Source of the DNA: Utricularia gibba
Taxonomy: Eukaryota > Plantae > Magnoliophyta
Reading direction: 5' to 3'
Assembly: GCA_002189035.1 (NCBI GenBank)
Contig: NEEC01000004.1
Location: 1,860,001-1,924,000, forward strand
DNA: 64,000 nucleotides
Shown piece by piece: positions 41,121-53,512 of the stretch. The notes beneath the pieces were generated by a model, which searched no databases, had not been told where the DNA came from, and saw only the letters and a program-made list of their open reading frames with translations. Within the stretch, counting starts at the first letter, position 1, and each line of letters starts with the position of its first letter. Both the position numbers and the translations under genes were made by a program.

Positions 41121-44100
41121 TGAACAAGATTTCGATTCCATGACTGAGGAATCGAAGTGGGAGAGCAGATATCTTAAGCGGAAGAATGCTTAGTTTTTCT
41201 TATTGAAACTAAAAGTATGTACAGGGTTTTACACTGAAAGTATAGGCACGCGATCTTTACTCGTAAAACCGTCGAAACAAACTGCGTGTCAGAGCACGCC
41301 TGCTCCTGCATCCGCGAGAGTACGCATCAGGTCGTTCCAAGTCGTCCTGCAGGGGCATTTCCAGCATATTTCTTCACCCCTCCTCAAGCTGCTGAGGCAA
41401 GAGCCGTAAGCCAAGCTTGGAAACGATGGTATGAAAGGGCAAAGAGTCAAGCGCCTTGGTGAAGGCGTCATCAAGCTGTTCCCTGGAAGGCACAAACAAC
41501 GGTGAGAGAAAGCCAGGCTTGTATTGGTCCCGTACTACATGACAGTCAACGTCAATGTGCTTAGTGCGTTTGTGGAACACCGGATTCGTTGTGATATGGA
41601 TTGCTGACTGGCTATCGCACCACAAAGGTATCAATGTAACATAGGAAATCCACAAGAGTTCAACGGTGGTGGCTGCCATGCTCCTATACTCAGCTTCAGC
41701 AGAGGAGCGGGACACAGTGTGCTGCTTTTTCGTTTTCCAAGATAGCAAACACCCTCCTAAAAAGACACAATACCCAGTAACCGATCGCCGGGTCAAGTGA
41801 CATGCTCCTCAGTCCGCATCACAATAAGTTTCAATGGTTGAAGCCCCTGCAACTGGGTAAAATAGGGCAAATCTGGTCGTGGCCATGAGGTAACCCAGAA
41901 GACACTTTAAGGCAAGCCATTGCTCCATGCCAAGTTTATTTACATACTGTGAGAGTTGTTGTACCACAAAAGAGATATCTAGATGTGTGAAGCTAAGATA
42001 AAGTAATTTTCCGATCAAAGCCTTGTATTCATCCGGGCAATGTATAGGTGAGTCATTATCAGAGAACTTAAAACCTTGAGACATGGGGTTATCCACAACA
42101 CGTATCCCAATGAGATCCAGGCCATCTAGAATATCATGCAAATACCTATGTTGGGAGAGGAACATCCCATCCCGAGATCGAGTGAGCACGATGCCTAAAA
42201 AATAACTAGCTTCACCAAGACCTTTTATAGTGAATTTCTCGTGCAAGGCTCTCTTCAAAGCAGTAATATCGGATAAGGAGGAACCCACTATCAAAATATC
42301 ATCAACGTATACCAGTATCGTCATGAAGCCATCAGAATTCCGTCGCACAAAGAGGCAAGCATCAGAGTTAGCCTGGGTGAAATTGAGAGTGCCCAGGAAC
42401 GTAGTGATTTCAACATTCCACTGACGTGATGCCTGCTTAAGCCCATATAAGGATTTTTTCAGGAGGCAAGCATCCCCTGGGTCGCAAGAAAGACCATCAG
42501 GGGGTGTCATATAGACTTCCTCATCTAGTCTTCCATGGCGAAATGCATTATTCACATCGATTTGGTGGAGAAGCCAGCCATGCTTAGCGGTTAGGGCCAG
42601 TAAGATTCGAATGGTTGTTGCCTTGGCTACGTGTGTGAAACTGTCATGGAAGTCCACACCTTCGACCTGTGTATACCCCTTAGCCACCAGACGAGCCTTA
42701 TATCATTCTATCTGTCCATCCGGTAGGCATTTGATCTTATATACCTACTTGCACCCAATGGCACGCTTGTCTGCAGGAAGGGGAACAATATCCCAAGTGT
42801 GGTTCTGGTCTAGTGCTCGTAGTTCCTGCTGCATAGCATCGCACCAGCAGGGATGGCGACAAACCTCTTGGTAACTTTGTGGCTCTATCAGCATAGGAGG
42901 TTTACTGGGTTGAGAGACATCCACCTGATAAGTATAATAATCTTTCATCTTGGTGGGTGGAAGACGGAGGCGGTCACTGCGGCGCAAATTAGTAGTCTCA
43001 AAGGGCTGAATGCTGCTATCCACCGGTGGAGCGATGTCTCCCATGGGGTCTACAATGACAGCTGGATGCCCCAATACTTAAGACCTTACATCGTGGACAT
43101 CCATGATAGGATGCTCTAAAAAGTTGGGCCTATCACTGTCACAATCCATAACATCAGACTGCGACACCTCAACAGGCACACTAGAGGTGACTCCAGATCC
43201 CCTAGTATCAAGTTCATCCTCATCATTAATGACGTCTGCTTCTAGTAAAATTAGTGGCAACAGGACGTCCAGAGAGTCCAGATCAACGGAGCCTTTGAGA
43301 GGGTATACATGTTCAAAGAACTTGGCGTCCCGTGAGATAAAGATTTCCTTAGTGTACAAGTCATATAACTTGTACCCTTTGTGATCCATAGGGTACCCTA
43401 GTAACATACACTTGCATGCTCGGGCTGCTAGTTTATCATTTTCAGCATCAAGGTTGGCTGCGTACGCTAAGGAACCAAAGATACGCATGTGATCATATTC
43501 TGGCAGTTTGTTCATCAGAACTTCAAACGGAGTCTGCCAATTCAGCACCGAAGATGGAAGCCTGTTTATGATATAAGTGGCGGTAAGAACCGCTTCACCC
43601 CAAAAGATGTTAGGGAGTCTAGCTTGGAACATAAGGGCCTGTGTGACTTCTAGTATATGCTTGTGCTTCCACTCTACTCGTGCATTCTGTTGGGGGCGTC
43701 TTGTGCACGAAAATTGGTGGTGTATGCCTTTTTTAGCACACAGGTCACGAAACTAGTGGCTCAAAAATTCGCCCCTTTATCTGACCGGATTTGTTTAGTG
43801 GTGTACCCAAACTTATTTTCAGCATACTGGAGGAAAGCTTCCAAATAAGCATCGACTCCTGACTTACCTTTGAGCAAGAAGGTCCATGTGGCTCTACAGA
43901 AGTTATCCACAATCGTAAGAAAATATCGAGTGTCGTTGATCGTTGCACATTTATAGGGATCCCATAGAGCACAGTGCAAGAGATAAAGGGAATATGGTGC
44001 CCGTGAGGTACTTGTCAGTAGTGGAATCATATGGAATTTGGTGAAATGGAAAATATCGCAAGGAGTTCCATTTAGACCGCAAGCAAAGTTCATATGTTTG

Positions 44101-46152
44101 GACTTGGAATCTAACAAGTGCCCCAATCGACAATGCCAAAGCAGTGAATCGTTCATGTTATGAGAATCAGCATTCACCAAACTGCTTTGTAGCGTACTTG
44201 AGTGGGCTTGTAAAGTTGCAAAGCTGCTAACCAGGTTTGGGAAGAAAGAGCGCCTATCAATCACGTAAAGGCCATCCCGGACTCGTCCAACCGCCAATGT
44301 CTTATGTGTGTCCCGGTGCTGCAATAGACAATGTTGGCTAGAGAAAACAACATTGATACCAACGTCATCAGCTAATCTTTTGACAGAAATCAGATTATAC
44401 TTGAATTATGGTACTAACAGAGTGTTTTTAAGCTGCAAAGTATCAGTCAAAATAATGCTTCCAACCCCCTGGACAGGGACAGCACACCCATTTGGCAAGT
44501 TAACTTGCATCTGTGCCACTGTTTAAGCGAACTAAACCACGATTTTGAATATCCAATGTGCGTCATCGCCCCTGAGTCTATAATCCACTCTCAGGAGTGA
44601 CATGTAATATCATTGCGGGTATCACTCGATAAACAAAAATCCGCAAGCGCCATACCTGAGAAGGAAAAATTAGCCACTTGCTGTCCGGACGTTGGGTTTT
44701 GCTGCTGCTGACTACCTCCTGGGAAAAGCTTTCCTAGCTCTCGTTGAATTAATTGCAGGGAGTCAAAATATGCCCCAGAGGTGTTGGCTGTTACGGATGA
44801 AGATAGATTTTCATCTAGTGGTGTTTTCACGCAATGAGCTGCTGGCTTATAGGACTCATAGTTCATGCCTTGCTTGGGAACAGAATTCCAAGAGTTCTGT
44901 GTGGCATCCTTTTGGGACTGTTGACCAGGTCTCCCTCCTTTCATTCGCCACCATGGTGGTGGTTCTCTGATGGTGAAGCAGGTATCCTGCATGTGATCGG
45001 ATTTCTTGCAAATCACACAGTAACGATTATCCCTTTCCTACCCTGGCTTGAGGTTCACGTTGCTGTATGGCTGCGATGTTGAGTTACTGAACATAGCAGA
45101 GTTAGAGTGAATGTTCACACCTTTTGACCACTACTTAGCCATCTGCTGTTCAACATTTAGTAGTGCTGCATAAGCCTTCGAGACCGACATAGAATCATCC
45201 ATAGCAAGTAGTTGATTACACGTCGCCTCATATTGGTCATTAAGGCCAAACAGAAACTGGCTAAGCTTTGTTGCTGCGAAGAGTTTATCAATGCACACTA
45301 GCATATGACATTGTGTGCAACGAACATCCGGGAGAAGCACGTCCAAATCCTTCCACACGCCACTCAATTTAGTGTAGTAATGGGCAATGCTCATATTCCC
45401 CTGTCTTAAGTTGTACAGGTCAGATTGCACCTTGGTAGAGCATTATGTTGTTCAGTTGGTCATAGTGCGCTTCAAGAGTTCGCCATAGTTCGTGAGAGCT
45501 CGCACATCCAGTGAAACTTGTCACAAGGTCCTTAGAAATAGAATTTAGTAGCTAGGACATTACCATGAAGTCATTTCGCAACCACAGGTTGTATGAAGGA
45601 TCATTGGGAGGAGGTTTGGGGATATCTCCATAGATCATTCCTAGTTTGTTCTTGGCACCTAAAGCCAATCGTATGCCACGACACCAATCAAAGTAATTCC
45701 GTGTTGTCAACAGATCACTTACTAGTGAGGCGTTCGAGTGATCTAATCCGCTCAAATGCAAGGGATCGGCTCTGTCCATTTTAGGGCCTGTAGGGAGAGG
45801 TCTGAATAGCGACGTATTGCCATGATCCTGTGCCATCGGAAGCTGCTCGTGATGAATCGGTATGAATAGCGGTTATGATCAACACTCACCACACCATGAA
45901 CAAGATTTCGATCCCATGACTGAGGAATCGAAATGGGAGAGCAGATATCTTAAGCGGAAGAATGCTTAGTTTTTCTTATTGAAACTAAAAGTATGTACAG
46001 GGTTTTATACTGAAAGTATAGGCACGCGATTTGTACTGGTAAAACCGTCAAGACAAACTGCGTGTTAGAGCACGCCTGCTCCTGCATCCGCAAGAGTACG
46101 CATCAGGTCGTTCCAAGTCGTCCTGCGGGGGCATTTCCAGCATATTTCTTCA
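41121..46152 (-). mobile_element. Full-length, degenerate Ty1/copia LTR retrotransposon (5032 bp)
   Basis: 256-bp LTRs at 41121-41376 and 45897-46152 with TG..CA ends and 11 mismatches; TSD ACACG at 41116-41120 and 46153-46157; PPT GAGGAGGGG next to the 3' LTR; gag (LVSDLLTTRNY..AKNKLG, CCHC knuckle), protease WIIDSGA, integrase, RT (QIDVNNAF, LVYVDDIL), RNase H ([14 protein letters not shown]); several stops and frameshifts. Confidence 0.97.
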
Positions 46153-46617
46153 ACACGAACCACAACCGAAGTCACCGCTCAGATTATAAGCAAAAGCAGA
46201 ACAACAAAATCAATCGATTTCTGAAACATTAATAGAGACTAGAAACAACAGAGATGCACCCCGATTAGAAGCACGTACAGACGGCCCCCGCGACCCACAG
46301 CGCAGTTGTTACCGGCGACAAAAAAAGAAGAAGTGAGCCAGTAGATTTACCTTCCCGGCGGAAGATATTTTCTTTTCTTTTTCTTTTTTTTTTATTTTCT
46401 TGAAAAAACGGCCCTCCCTCTAACTCAATCCTTATTTGTGATTGTGGGATAATAATATTACAGTGAAAAGGTGGTAAAATATATCAAATTTTTTTTAATT
46501 GAATAATATATCGATAGATTATTTCTATTTGCGTTTCAAGACAATAAATAATAATAATTCACATTAATATAAACTTGGCAGTACAGGCACAAAAGCTAAG
46601 GCATCCACGGTGACTTT

Positions 46618-47415
46618 TCACTTTCCGGGAACAAAGTTAGTCGCATAAGCCCAGGCATTGTTGTTAACGGGGTCAGCAAGATGATCGGAGAGATTCTCCA
46701 ACGGCCCCTTTCCGGTGACAATCGCCTGTACGAAGAACCCGAACACGGAAAACATAGCCAGTCTCCCGTTCTTGATCTCCTTCACCTTCAACTCGGCAAA
46801 CGCCTCCGGGTCATCGGCAAGACCCAACGGGTCGAAGCTCCCGCCAGGGTAAAGCGGATCGGTGACCTCCCCGAGCGGCCCTCCAGCCACACGGTAGCCC
46901 TCAATCGCGCCCATAAGAATGACCTGTGTAGCCCAGATGGCCAAAATGCTCTGTGCGTGAATCAAGCTTGGGTTACCCAAGTAATCGAGACCGCCTTCGC
47001 TGAAGATCTGAGATCCGGCCTTGAACCACACGGCTTCGCCGAATTTAACGCCGTTTTTGGCAAGAAGTTCTGGGAACACGATCCCGAGGGCACCGAGCAT
47101 GGCCCATCTGGCGTGGATCACTTCTAATTCACGGTTTTTGGCGAAGGTCTCGGGGTCGGCGGAGAGGCCGGCGGTGTCCCAGCCGTAATCGCCAGGGAAT
47201 TCGCCGGTGAGGTAGCTTGGGGCCTCCCCGGAGAAGGGACCCAAGTATTTAACGCGGTCGGGGCCGTACCAGGGGCTACCGGAGGAAACGGATTTGGAGG
47301 TGGCTTTCCTCATGGAGATTCTTCCTTTTCCGATGATCTCCGGGGAGATCTGCTTCAATGTCTTGCCGGCGAAGGAGGGGGAGGAGAGAGCGGCCATTGT
47401 TGAAGTCGCAGCCAT
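46618..47415 (-). CDS. Lhcb1: Chlorophyll a/b-binding protein of LHCII type 1 (intronless, 265 aa)
   Basis: [18 protein letters not shown] transit peptide, [56 protein letters not shown]; lack of introns indicates Lhcb1 rather than Lhcb2/3. Confidence 0.97.
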   Translation of the reverse strand: MAATSTMAALSSPSFAGKTLKQISPEIIGKGRISMRKATSKSVSSGSPWYGPDRVKYLGPFSGEAPSYLTGEFPGDYGWDTAGLSADPETFAKNRELEVIHARWAMLGALGIVFPELLAKNGVKFGEAVWFKAGSQIFSEGGLDYLGNPSLIHAQSILAIWATQVILMGAIEGYRVAGGPLGEVTDPLYPGGSFDPLGLADDPEAFAELKVKEIKNGRLAMFSVFGFFVQAIVTGKGPLENLSDHLADPVNNNAWAYATNFVPGK

Positions 47416-47493
47416 TGGATACAGCGGAGTTTCGAACTGAAGAGAGGCGTTTGTGTTTCGATTTGCCGGTGAGATTTGCATGGAAAGTGATGA

Positions 47494-47655
47494 TCATTTA
47501 TGGAGACGCAAGAGGAGCGGATGCCTTATCCGGTGACATCTTTTCCTCCAATTTCATTGGCTCCCGAGATCCGCTGCTGTCCAAATGGCGATATCTCTCT
47601 CTATCCCTCCGCGATTTTCATGGAATTAATTTTTATTTTATTTTGGCGACGTGTC
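47494..47655 (-). promoter_or_regulatory. Light-responsive Lhcb promoter elements
   Basis: On the minus strand: ACGT box GACACGTCG (~47645), tandem GATA (47606-47590), CCAAT (47560-47556), I-box GGATAAGG (~47531-47523), TATA-like CATAAAT (~47500). Confidence 0.6.
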
Positions 47656-48035
47656 CCGCTTCCTACCACAGTGCAACAAAAATCATGGAATTATCATCCT
47701 TAACACACATTAAATTAAAAAAATAATATTAGATATCATTTTTATCATATATATTTATATTATGAAATAAGCAATTTTATGAATAATGTTTACTGACATC
47801 AATGGCTAGATTTATTTTAAATAGTTATATCAAGCTTAGTTATTTATCATATGCTAAAATTTATAATTAAAATACATTCCGCCTCTCCTCAGCCGGCTCA
47901 ATCTGAAATATCGACCGAGGCATCCCCACTCTCATCGCTTCTGGTTCCCTGAAAACATAAGTGTTCTTGGGTAAAAATGCAAGAAAAAATAGATAAGATT
48001 ATAACATGATCGATCATCAAATGACATCATAAATG

Positions 48036-48112
48036 CCGACAAACAGGATGAAATTACCGAAGGTACGTTTTTCCCCAGTCAGGAGTCCCAGTAGCTCCAC
48101 CGCGGTGGAGGA
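48036..48112 (-). pseudogene. Inverted ~77-bp fragment of an oxidosqualene cyclase exon/intron junction
   Basis: Reverse complement encodes ILHRGGATGTPDWGKTYL followed by gtaatttcatcctgtttgtcgg; about 80-85% identical to 54564-54642 ([19 protein letters not shown]|gtaacttcattctgtttgttgg). Confidence 0.85.
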
Positions 48113-48119
48113 TTTACAA

Positions 48120-48494
48120 CAGTGTTTTAAAATCATGGGTTTTATCCATGGTTCAACTCGGTTAGGTCCAAACCCATACTTTTATGGGTTGGATCTAATT
48201 CAATTCTTTTACTTTTATTTTATTTTTTAAAATTTTTTTTATATATTATTTGAATAAGATAATGAACCATTAAAATGATTTAATGTAATATTATCAATTT
48301 GTTTATGTATATATATTTAATTTTCTATATTTTTAGTATTTTGATAATTAAAGTATGCTTGTATAATTATAATTTAATATTTTAATAAATATAATTAAAA
48401 TTTATCAAACTCGGTTCAACCCATATTAAAAATGGATTCAATTCAAAACCATAACAAAACGGTTCAATGGGTTTAACCCGTTTTTAAAACACTA
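48120..48494. mobile_element. hAT-type MITE (375 bp)
   Basis: TIRs CAGTGTTTTAAAA / TTTTAAAACACTA (12/13 match); 8-bp TSD ATTTACAA (48112-48119) / ATGTACAA (48495-48502); internal aaccc/ggtt subterminal motifs. Confidence 0.85.
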
Positions 48495-48929
48495 ATGTAC
48501 AAAAGGTCGAGTGAACATCGAGCGCAAATCCAATGCCAAGAAAAAGGAGAGAAAGTAGCGATCTATTCACATTACTAAAAAGAACCAGAATTCCCATATG
48601 ATATATATAGTTGGGTTCATTTAATCAGATGTCAGCACGTACAACTAACGAGAAAGAACTTAATCAGCTATCAGCTAACGAGAAAGTAGCGTCCCTGTTG
48701 ATGAACCAAGCTGCGGAGTGATCACTGGCAGGACTTAATACATGCTTTTCACATTGAAATTCATGATCCAATGGATCGGATGATAGCACAAGCCCAAGTA
48801 CATAAATAGCGAGGATCACAATAGAAAAAATTAAGTACAACCGATTAATTATGATCTATAATTTCTCATATACTAGATTATTACACTTTCATTTTATGAT
48901 GTGAGATTGTGTATTATAATACAAAATAT

Positions 48930-50380
48930 AGCGAAATGGAGAAATGGGAGGGACTTGGTGAAATGATCAGCAAGCTGCTGATGTGAGGATATAGGACACG
49001 GCACCAAAAAACCTCTTTTATATTGATCATGAAGAACGTGAGAGCCGATCTTAATGTGTTTGGCCCCTCATGAAAAGTGGGATTGGAAGTAAGATAGATG
49101 GCAGACTTGATATCATAGTATAGTGTGATGGAGTGGCCACAAGTAGCATCAAATCTTTCAAGATATAAGAGATCCACATTAGTTCGATAGCAGTAGAGGC
49201 GAGGCTTCGGAGGATTTAGATACAATGGCCTGCTTTTTTGTTTTTCAAGAAACCGACCAATTTCTCAGCACCATGTAGTCACCAATCACTGATTTTAGGG
49301 TGATGGTACATGGGCTTCGTTGGCAGAATGCCCCACAGTAAAAAACAGGTTTGCAGAATATCCCGAATTCTAAAAGTATTGGCCAAATACCCATCTTTTG
49401 ATTTTTTTTATTATTTTGTATATAAATATATTAAAAAAATATTTTTTTGATGTATAAATGTTATTTATTTAATATATATATATATATAATAACAAAAAAT
49501 TTAAAAAAATAATTATTATAAAAACATAAACATAGAAATAACAAATAATTCAATAAAAATCATTTGAGATAATTTTTTTTAAAATATAAATAAATAAATA
49601 AATATATATATATATATTTGTATATAAATATTTGTTATTCAAAATTTTAATTTTGAATTCAATTTTGATTTCAAATTAATTCAATTGTAAAATCAAAATA
49701 TTTTTACAAAAATATGTTTTTACTATAATCATAATTAACACCTATAACAAATACATGGTATAATCATATACTATTTTAACTATGGATTACATAGATATGA
49801 ATTAAATAATAAATATTTATAATTTAATTTCTTACATGTGATTTATATACATATAAGTGTAAGATAAGCTTTCGTTTATTTATTTAAATTGTATTTTATT
49901 AATATCTGATTTATAATGGAATTTATGTAATCGATTTATGCTTTACTTAATTTAAGAAAAATTGTATGTAACCTAATTTATAAAGTTTATTGAAAAATAT
50001 AATAATAAGATAGAATTATTGATCAGATTATTATTTAAAAACAATACTTCTATAATAATAAATTCAATTGAAAATATAACAAAATAAATTAAAATATATT
50101 TGAAAAAATATTTGTATAAATATATTTTTACAACTGCATGTATTTATTTTTCATATATTATTCATATGTATTTATTATTATTTTTTCGTACGAAAATTAG
50201 GGTTATTCAACAAATAAAACAAAAAGGTGGGGTATTCTACAAAGAAAGTGAAAAGTCCGGGTATTGAATATTTTTACAGTGGGGTATTCTGCCAAATTAC
50301 TCGATGGTACATGCCCTCCAGTCGAAGTCACAATGATCAGTAATGTCCAAACTCCCATTCATTGGGTAGATTTTGTCTAG
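48930..50380 (-). mobile_element. Degenerate Ty1/copia RNase H relic, split by a MULE
   Basis: Removing 49312-50302 joins CDFDWRAC to TITLKSVIGD..VS*KTKKQAIVSKSSEA..IELMWISYILKDL..ITLYYDIKSAIYLTSNPTFHE. Confidence 0.8.
49312..50302. mobile_element. Non-autonomous Mutator-like element (991 bp)
   Basis: Perfect 10-bp TSD GATGGTACAT (49302-49311 and 50303-50312); long imperfect TIRs ttggcagaat(g/a)ccccac(a/t)gtaaaaa; very AT-rich non-coding interior. Confidence 0.88.
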
Positions 50381-53300
50381 CTTTTACTTGTGTCAGACGT
50401 ATTGAATTGATGTTTTATCTTACTCATAATTTTTTTTTGGAGTTTACCTTGTTTAATAAAATCTCTTTATAACTTACCTTAATACAAATTAAATTTATTT
50501 TTTTCATTTTTGTATTCATAATTTTATCAAATAGTTTATTAATATTCTTTTTAAAAAAATTCAAAATCTAATTATAAGAATAATAATTTTGTGTATTGTT
50601 TTGAAAATTTTTATATAGATAAGATTTTAATAATATTTTATAATAATGATAAAAAATGAAATAAATTTTATGATTAAATATTGAAAATATTATAAGATTG
50701 AATATCTTTATTTAGAAAAATTGATTATATAAAAACATATTAATAATATATGCTATACATAAAAAAATATTATATAAGATGAATAAATATATTATTTCAA
50801 ATCCATCTTTTGTTTACATTAACATTAAACATACTTTTAATTTTGAGAAAAAGACAACAAATTAATTTATTAAAATATATTTGAATATAAAATTATGAAT
50901 AATTTAATTTTACCTCTAACGTTTGATCATTATAAAATCAAGATATAAATAAAATAATGAGAAGTTATTTTATACATATAAACTATTTCATTTATCAAAA
51001 ATGAAAAAATAGATTTTAATACTTTTTCATAATACTACATAGTGAATGAAATAAATAAATTACTTATCAAAAAATATGAATTAAAAAAATACAAATGTAT
51101 AATATATGCATGATAAAATATTGATTCTGTATGAATAAATTGCATTTTTGAAAATTTTAGGTAAAAGAAATGCTTAATTCTAAACAAAATATGATATAAA
51201 AATTTATTTACTTTGTATTTTAATTAAATTTTTTGTTCAAACGAAAGATGCTCAACGGACTGAATATGGAGTGGAACATAGTCATGCGTCCACCTGGTTG
51301 GATTAACAACCCGACAACTAGCCGTCCGGCCTCCACTCCATTAGATGACAAAGAAGAATAAGTAATAAACTAAAATTTATTTAAGTCGTTGCAAAAAATA
51401 AATTATTTGTATCAAATAAATTCGTAAGTAATAATCTATATAAAATATAAATTTGAAAAAATTGTATCGTGAATTTCATGATTGATCAAGAAGCAGGTGT
51501 TTGTAAAGTATTTTCTTAAATATAAAATCATCGAATTAATGCCACTCTTAATTTAAATTCAAACTAACATCGATATGTAAATTCAATAAATAAAATTGAA
51601 TCACAATGCAAAGGATAATAAATACAAGTTTTGTATATAATGTAATACTATGATACCTCAAAAATAGACTATATGATGTGGTATTAAAATCACTAATTTA
51701 ATTTATAATGTTTTTATATTCACAATTTTAAACAATTTAAATCTGACTAGATTATTTATCATGTTTTTGATTAAAATACTTTTTAATATCATCACACATT
51801 CTATACTTAAATCTACCTATGTGTGAAATATGTATATTATGTCTACTCGACTCTATTCGTTCTACCTAAAACTAACATCTATTAGAAAATAAATTTTTAA
51901 TGTAACAAGATAAATGATTTAACATTGCTAATTCCAAGATAACATGCTACACTTTTTTGACTCCTTGTAATAATTCTAACATAGGGTGCGTTGTTCCTTA
52001 CAAAAGAGCCGAAGCATTTTTTAGTGCATTCTTGAGTGTAATTTGTATCTATCCACTGAAGCAAAAAAACAAAAAAAAAAAAATCAAAGATTGGTGGATA
52101 TTTTTGTAAATGTAATGTTTTGACGATCAGTGTTCTAAATTTGATCATGATGCATAAGTGATACCAGGATATTTATTAAACTTAGATTAATTTACATTTA
52201 AAATAAAAAATAATCAACTTAATGTATAAAATTTTAAATATAATGTAATAATAAAGTAATAAATCAGTATGTAAATATTTAAATATCACATACATAAATA
52301 TTTAAAAGAAAAATCTGATATCGCATAACCCAAATCTTAAGAGTATTCAATAATAAATAAGTATGTTTGATATATGTCAATCTATATATCTACATACATA
52401 TATTTATTTATCTCTATAATCAATATCTTATAGTTTAAATGATACATATTATGAATCATAAATTAATTCATAAAAAATATACATATTATTAAATGATAAT
52501 TTCTAATAACAACTTCGATGACGGTCGTTAATTATATAAATAGAGAATGAAAAAGCTAATCAACGTAACTATAATTAAGATAAAATGAAACTATAATTGA
52601 ATAAGTTTATTAAATGATAATATTTTTTATATGATTTTCTTTTTTTTTAATTTTTAATTTTTATAAAAATTTATTGGATGCATATAAAACATGTATTTTA
52701 ATTTGTATAAAACTGTATAATGGCATCCGACTACAGGATCACATGATGGATGTCGGGATAGGGATATTTAGTAATCTGGCCATTTTTTTATGATATGCGT
52801 GAAAAAAATTGATTATCCTCAATTAAAATTTTTTGATTCAACGTGTGAGAGATATAGATACTTTAAATGCCAACTTATGTAAATGCCAACTCTATTGGCG
52901 GGCCCCATTCTGCTCTGACTTTATCACAGTTTCCATTTGCAGAGTCGTTGACCTAGGTAGAGTGGTTCCTCATATCACATCTATTTTTCCTTTCCCTTCA
53001 GTATATCAACACTTTACACAAAAAAAATGAAGTAGAAGAGATAACTGCAGAAATGCAGGATCAAGAATAACCCTAGGAAACCGGTAGATATTTTTAGGGT
53101 GGCCGGTTCAACAATTTCCACGTCCAAAATGGTGGGCGGCGGGTTTTTATGACACAATGTCTTCTCCAGTATCAAACATATATTGTTATAATATGATATT
53201 GTGCCCCATTTTCTCTTTTTTTTTTTTTATCATGTGTCTGCATAACAAAAGGTCGGCGCAAGAGTCGGCAATCAGTGCTTACAAGAAGATGTGTCTGCGT

Positions 53301-53512
53301 GCTACCAGAAATTTCGTTTCTGCGTAGGTTGACTCGACTTTTATGTTTCATCATAAAAAAAGTCAGCGCTAGAGGACTTGTGTCCAACTACAGACGCCCG
53401 TCACTTTACGGTGCTTCCTTTTCTTTATATAAACCACTCACTTATCACAAGTCTTTCCATTACCAAGCCACACATATACACACCCACGCACATCCAGAGA
53501 GAGAGGCAAGCC

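Noticed and set aside
46681-47127. 148-aa plus-strand ORF opposite Lhcb1
   Set aside because: Antisense shadow of a GC-rich coding sequence; no recognisable motif
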